The translations under genes and the position numbers were made by a program. Positions 60,669-64,000 of a DNA stretch of 64,000 nt are shown here, piece by piece. Where the stretch lies: contig OU015566.1 of the NCBI GenBank assembly GCA_907165135.1, positions 11,842,001 to 11,906,000 on the forward strand, in the 5' to 3' direction. The notes beneath the pieces were generated by a model that made no database searches, was not told where the DNA came from, and worked only from the letters and a program-made list of their open reading frames with translations. Source of the stretch: Oikopleura dioica. Lineage: Eukaryota > Animalia > Chordata. Every line of letters starts with the position of its first letter. Within the stretch, counting starts at the first letter, position 1.

Positions 60669-63600
60669 CTATCCTTTTAGCTTTGGCCATCGCTGTTTGA
60701 TGTGATCAGCTGATTTGGCAGTAAGCTTCATGCCAGCGGCAGGATGAGCTCCTGGCATAACCTTTCGCATGTACACTTTTTGCGCGAAATCCTCGCTGCA
60801 GAAGAGAATTTCGCAGTCGTATTCTTTCGACGGTTTCCATGTTCTTTCATAAAGCGCCATTCCGACTTCTCCTGGCTCCTAAAACGAGTTATAAAAACGA
60901 AAAGAAAATTGAGAACTTACGATATCCCAATACATTCCACGGACGCTTTCTGACGATTTATCAACAAAGCTGATTTTTACCAATTGAGGCGATGAATTTT
61001 CCGGATCATCCGTCTCGAAGAAATCACCTGCTTTCAAATTGTCGAAGTCCAAATGCGCCTGGTACTTCGGCTTTGCTGCTTTCTCCGCTTTAGCCTTCTC
61101 ATTTGCTTCTTGTTTAATTTTCTTTTTCTCTTCAGAAAGGCGTTTTTCTTTTCGTTTTTCTTCGTCAGTCTTGACTTTTCTCTTCTTCTTCGGAGGGCTT
61201 TTCGCTTCTTTCGCAGCCTTTTCTGCTTCTCTTGCCGCTTTCATCGCTCTTTTCTTTTCCTCCCTTTCGATTTCCTTCGCTCGACGCTTTTGTTCTTTGA
61301 TGATTTGTTTTTCTTCGAATTTTTTCAAGTCCTGCTCGAGTTTTCTCTTCTTCTGAAGCTCACTCTTTGGCCCGGGCTTTCTCATTTCCTCCCTCTTCGG
61401 ATCATCCTTTCTCGGTCTTCCAACAAATTTCGGCTCTTCATCTTCGCCCATCATTTGAATCACCTTTTCTCTCTTTCTGAACTCTTTTTCTTTCTGCTCG
61501 ATGATCTTCTTATCGACACCTTGTTCACGAGCAGCTTCGAGTTCTTTGCGCTCTTGTTCAAGCTCTTCAAGTCGAGTTTCTCGCTCCATTTCAGTTTGAA
61601 CTTTATCTCTTTTTCGGGGGTAAACATTGCTGAAGACATAGATGAGAGCTTAATGAAAGAGAGATAGAGAAAAACTCTTCCAGTTTTCCTTATTTTTAGC
61701 CCCGCCCTGGTAATTTTAATTGCCCGTTGGATATTGCTCTTGACGGTGTTATCGATTTTCTTCGTCCAAGGATCATCAGAATTGAAGGATCCAATTCCCT
61801 CATCCTCGTTGCTTTCACTTTCCGCTTCACTTTCAGACTCAGCGCGCAACTTATCCTTTCTGACGTGCCACTGGCCCACTTGTCCTTTTTGGATTACTCT
61901 GCTTTCTACGTCAACGACAAACGGTCTTCCGCGTTTTATTTTCGTCGAGTTGGCGATCTCCACTAGATCCTGTAAACCAATTTGTTAAAATAATCAAATT
62001 TGACCTTTGCCGTTTAAAATTACCTTTGAGGGGTAGATACTCTTGTTTCCCTTGGGAAAGAAGCTTTGTTTCTCAACAAGGTGTTTCTGATTGAAAGTTT
62101 CGACGGTTTGATGCTTCCGCACAACAATTTTTCGTTCTTCTTTGCTCGGGCTCACTTGCTCATCCTCAGGTCTATCAATAGTAGCCACTGCACATCTAGC
62201 AACGCGGGATGTCTGGGCTGCATGGCGAATTCGCTGTCTTCGATTGTAGATGCTATTTTCATCGTCTAAACTCGGCACACCGGCGATGATCCGTTCCGTT
62301 TCTCTCGCCCTGTCCTGTAAAAGAAAATATTTACAAAGTGAATCAGATCGGTCTTATTTACGATTATACGCTGTCTTGTGCGGTCGACGATATCTGCCGG
62401 ATTATTGACGCACTTGTAGTAGATCATATCCGCATCAGGAGGGGTACACTCGTGAACTCGTTGGATCGTGGCTTTGTACGCGTCAAACGTCATTCGTAGA
62501 TTTTGCACGGCGAAGGAAAGCGACTCGTCGAAGTCGCCCTTATTGAGTTTTTTTTAAAGTTTTGACCGTGAAAAATACCGATATTTCGTCGACAACATTC
62601 AGCAGCGCTGGACTAACTTCGTCAGAATTAATCGCGTGTTGCCAAACATCTGATGTTCCAAGGAGCTTTTGTGTATGAGTTGTTGGAAATTCAAAAGCTC
62701 TGGAGGGAACAATATCAGAAATAAACATGAAATTCGAGTGTTTACCCAAGATGGTGTAATTGCCAAAAGACCGCATAAGTGTCCCTCAAACCGTATTCAT
62801 GGAAGCTTTCCATCGCAAATTCGTAAAGAATTTTGTATTGAGCAGGAGTCATTCGAATGCCGCGCTTGGTTTTGTTCGTCTGAGTTGTATAAAGAGCCAA
62901 AAGCATGTAGATACAGGTTGATCTCACCAAATGATCCGCCTAAATCGACATTCAAATGGGGTTTGTGCCACAAACTTTGTTGGAAAAACGGGCGGTGTTT
63001 TCGAGAACTGGGTGTTTGATTTAGCAAAAATTCTCTAGATGAGCCGGCGTGCTGTTGTCTTTTGCCAGAATTTGATCAGAGAGAGGTACGCCTGCTCCTT
63101 AAAGCAGGGTCCAGAAAGAGTGATTAAGAGGTAAGATTATTGCAAAAAGAACTTTTGATAACGCAAATTTTAGAGCATTGGCAACATGGACACAATGCAG
63201 AGCTGAAGCTCTTCTTCACTCCACCGATCGAGGAGTTCTCGCACTATCTCGACGGAGTCAAGTCCAAAAGGGGATTGGCACACGATTCGATTTCGTAAAA
63301 AACGAAGTCGTTGAAAATAACTGGGCGACATATCCAATCACCACGAACTGTACAACAGTTACAGCCTCGTATTCAGCTACTTTCTGCCAATAAAAGTTGG
63401 CTGCGCCAAATACAACCCTTATATTCAGACCCTTCCGAAAAGCTCTTTGTAGAGTTCTTTGGAAGATTTCTTGTCACGTCATTTCTTGCAGGCTATACTT
63501 ACATCCTTTAGCACTAGAAACTGAACGACGCAGGAATAGCAAGCATCAATAAAGTCAGCCTTGTCAGACTCACTCGTTCGTCCGTCAAAAATCTTGTACA

Positions 63601-63790
63601 TTTCCAAATCCTGCCACATGTGCGTGAATGCTAAAATATCTCAATTAAAAGCACGAATATCAAGCCTTTTCTTACTGGAATAGGTTCCCGCTCGATCTTC
63701 TCCTTCATCCTTGATTCTATGAATGAGAAAATCAAAGTCGGTCACAAATCCGGCCGCCTTTTTTCCGGATTCCATCGATTCGACCGTCTA
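60669..63790 (-). CDS. Large hypothetical multi-exon nuclear protein with a K/E-rich region and a possible C-terminal BAH-like domain; likely 5'-incomplete
   Basis: Chain of minus-strand open segments, including KRGRP, a K/E-rich coiled coil (60879-61589) and GDFFETD...VRGMYW...YERTW...EILFCS, which resembles a BAH pattern (inference). Confidence 0.45.
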
Positions 63791-64000
63791 AAAAGGAGAA
63801 AAGCTAGAGTTTCTTACGTTACCATAATAGTAAAGAACCAATATTGCACATAAATAGAGGACATTTGAACCTAGGGAGTTTCAGTTTGAAATGAATGGCA
63901 GAATGGGTGAAATTCTCGTCTTCTTTTTTTCTAAATTTCTTCTCGAATTCTAAATTCTCTTGGAAGCGTAATCTTCAATAGGTGAAAAATTCTCTGTAAA

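Noticed and set aside
61053-61667. 204-aa Phe/Leu-rich plus-strand ORF resembling a membrane protein
   Set aside because: Antisense of the Lys/Glu-rich coding region.

Overview
Compact, AT-rich eukaryotic DNA, most likely Oikopleura dioica or a close appendicularian tunicate. This is inferred from the very short introns, GA-AG and GC-AG introns, operon-like gene spacing, a house-protein-like ORF and a Tor-like Ty3/gypsy element. Recognisable genes: a pannexin/innexin-like channel, a syntaxin with tandem duplicated alternative exons, two DnaJ genes, Tbx2/3, tRNA-Leu(AAG), TRAPPC6, peroxidasin and EML5/6. Most striking feature: RNase P RNA and RNase MRP RNA genes lie head-to-head around one mirror-symmetric PSE+TATA promoter. 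This cassette fills a 768-nt non-canonical GA-AG intron of EML5/6 and is bounded by short inverted repeats and a 5-bp direct repeat. Second theme: three young transposon insertions (two hAT-type MITEs and an LTR retrotransposon with identical LTRs) sit in coding exons, and each has an in-frame splice-out solution at its edges, suggesting introner-like intron gain. All coordinates and translations were read by eye with no database searches, so novelty is unverified.
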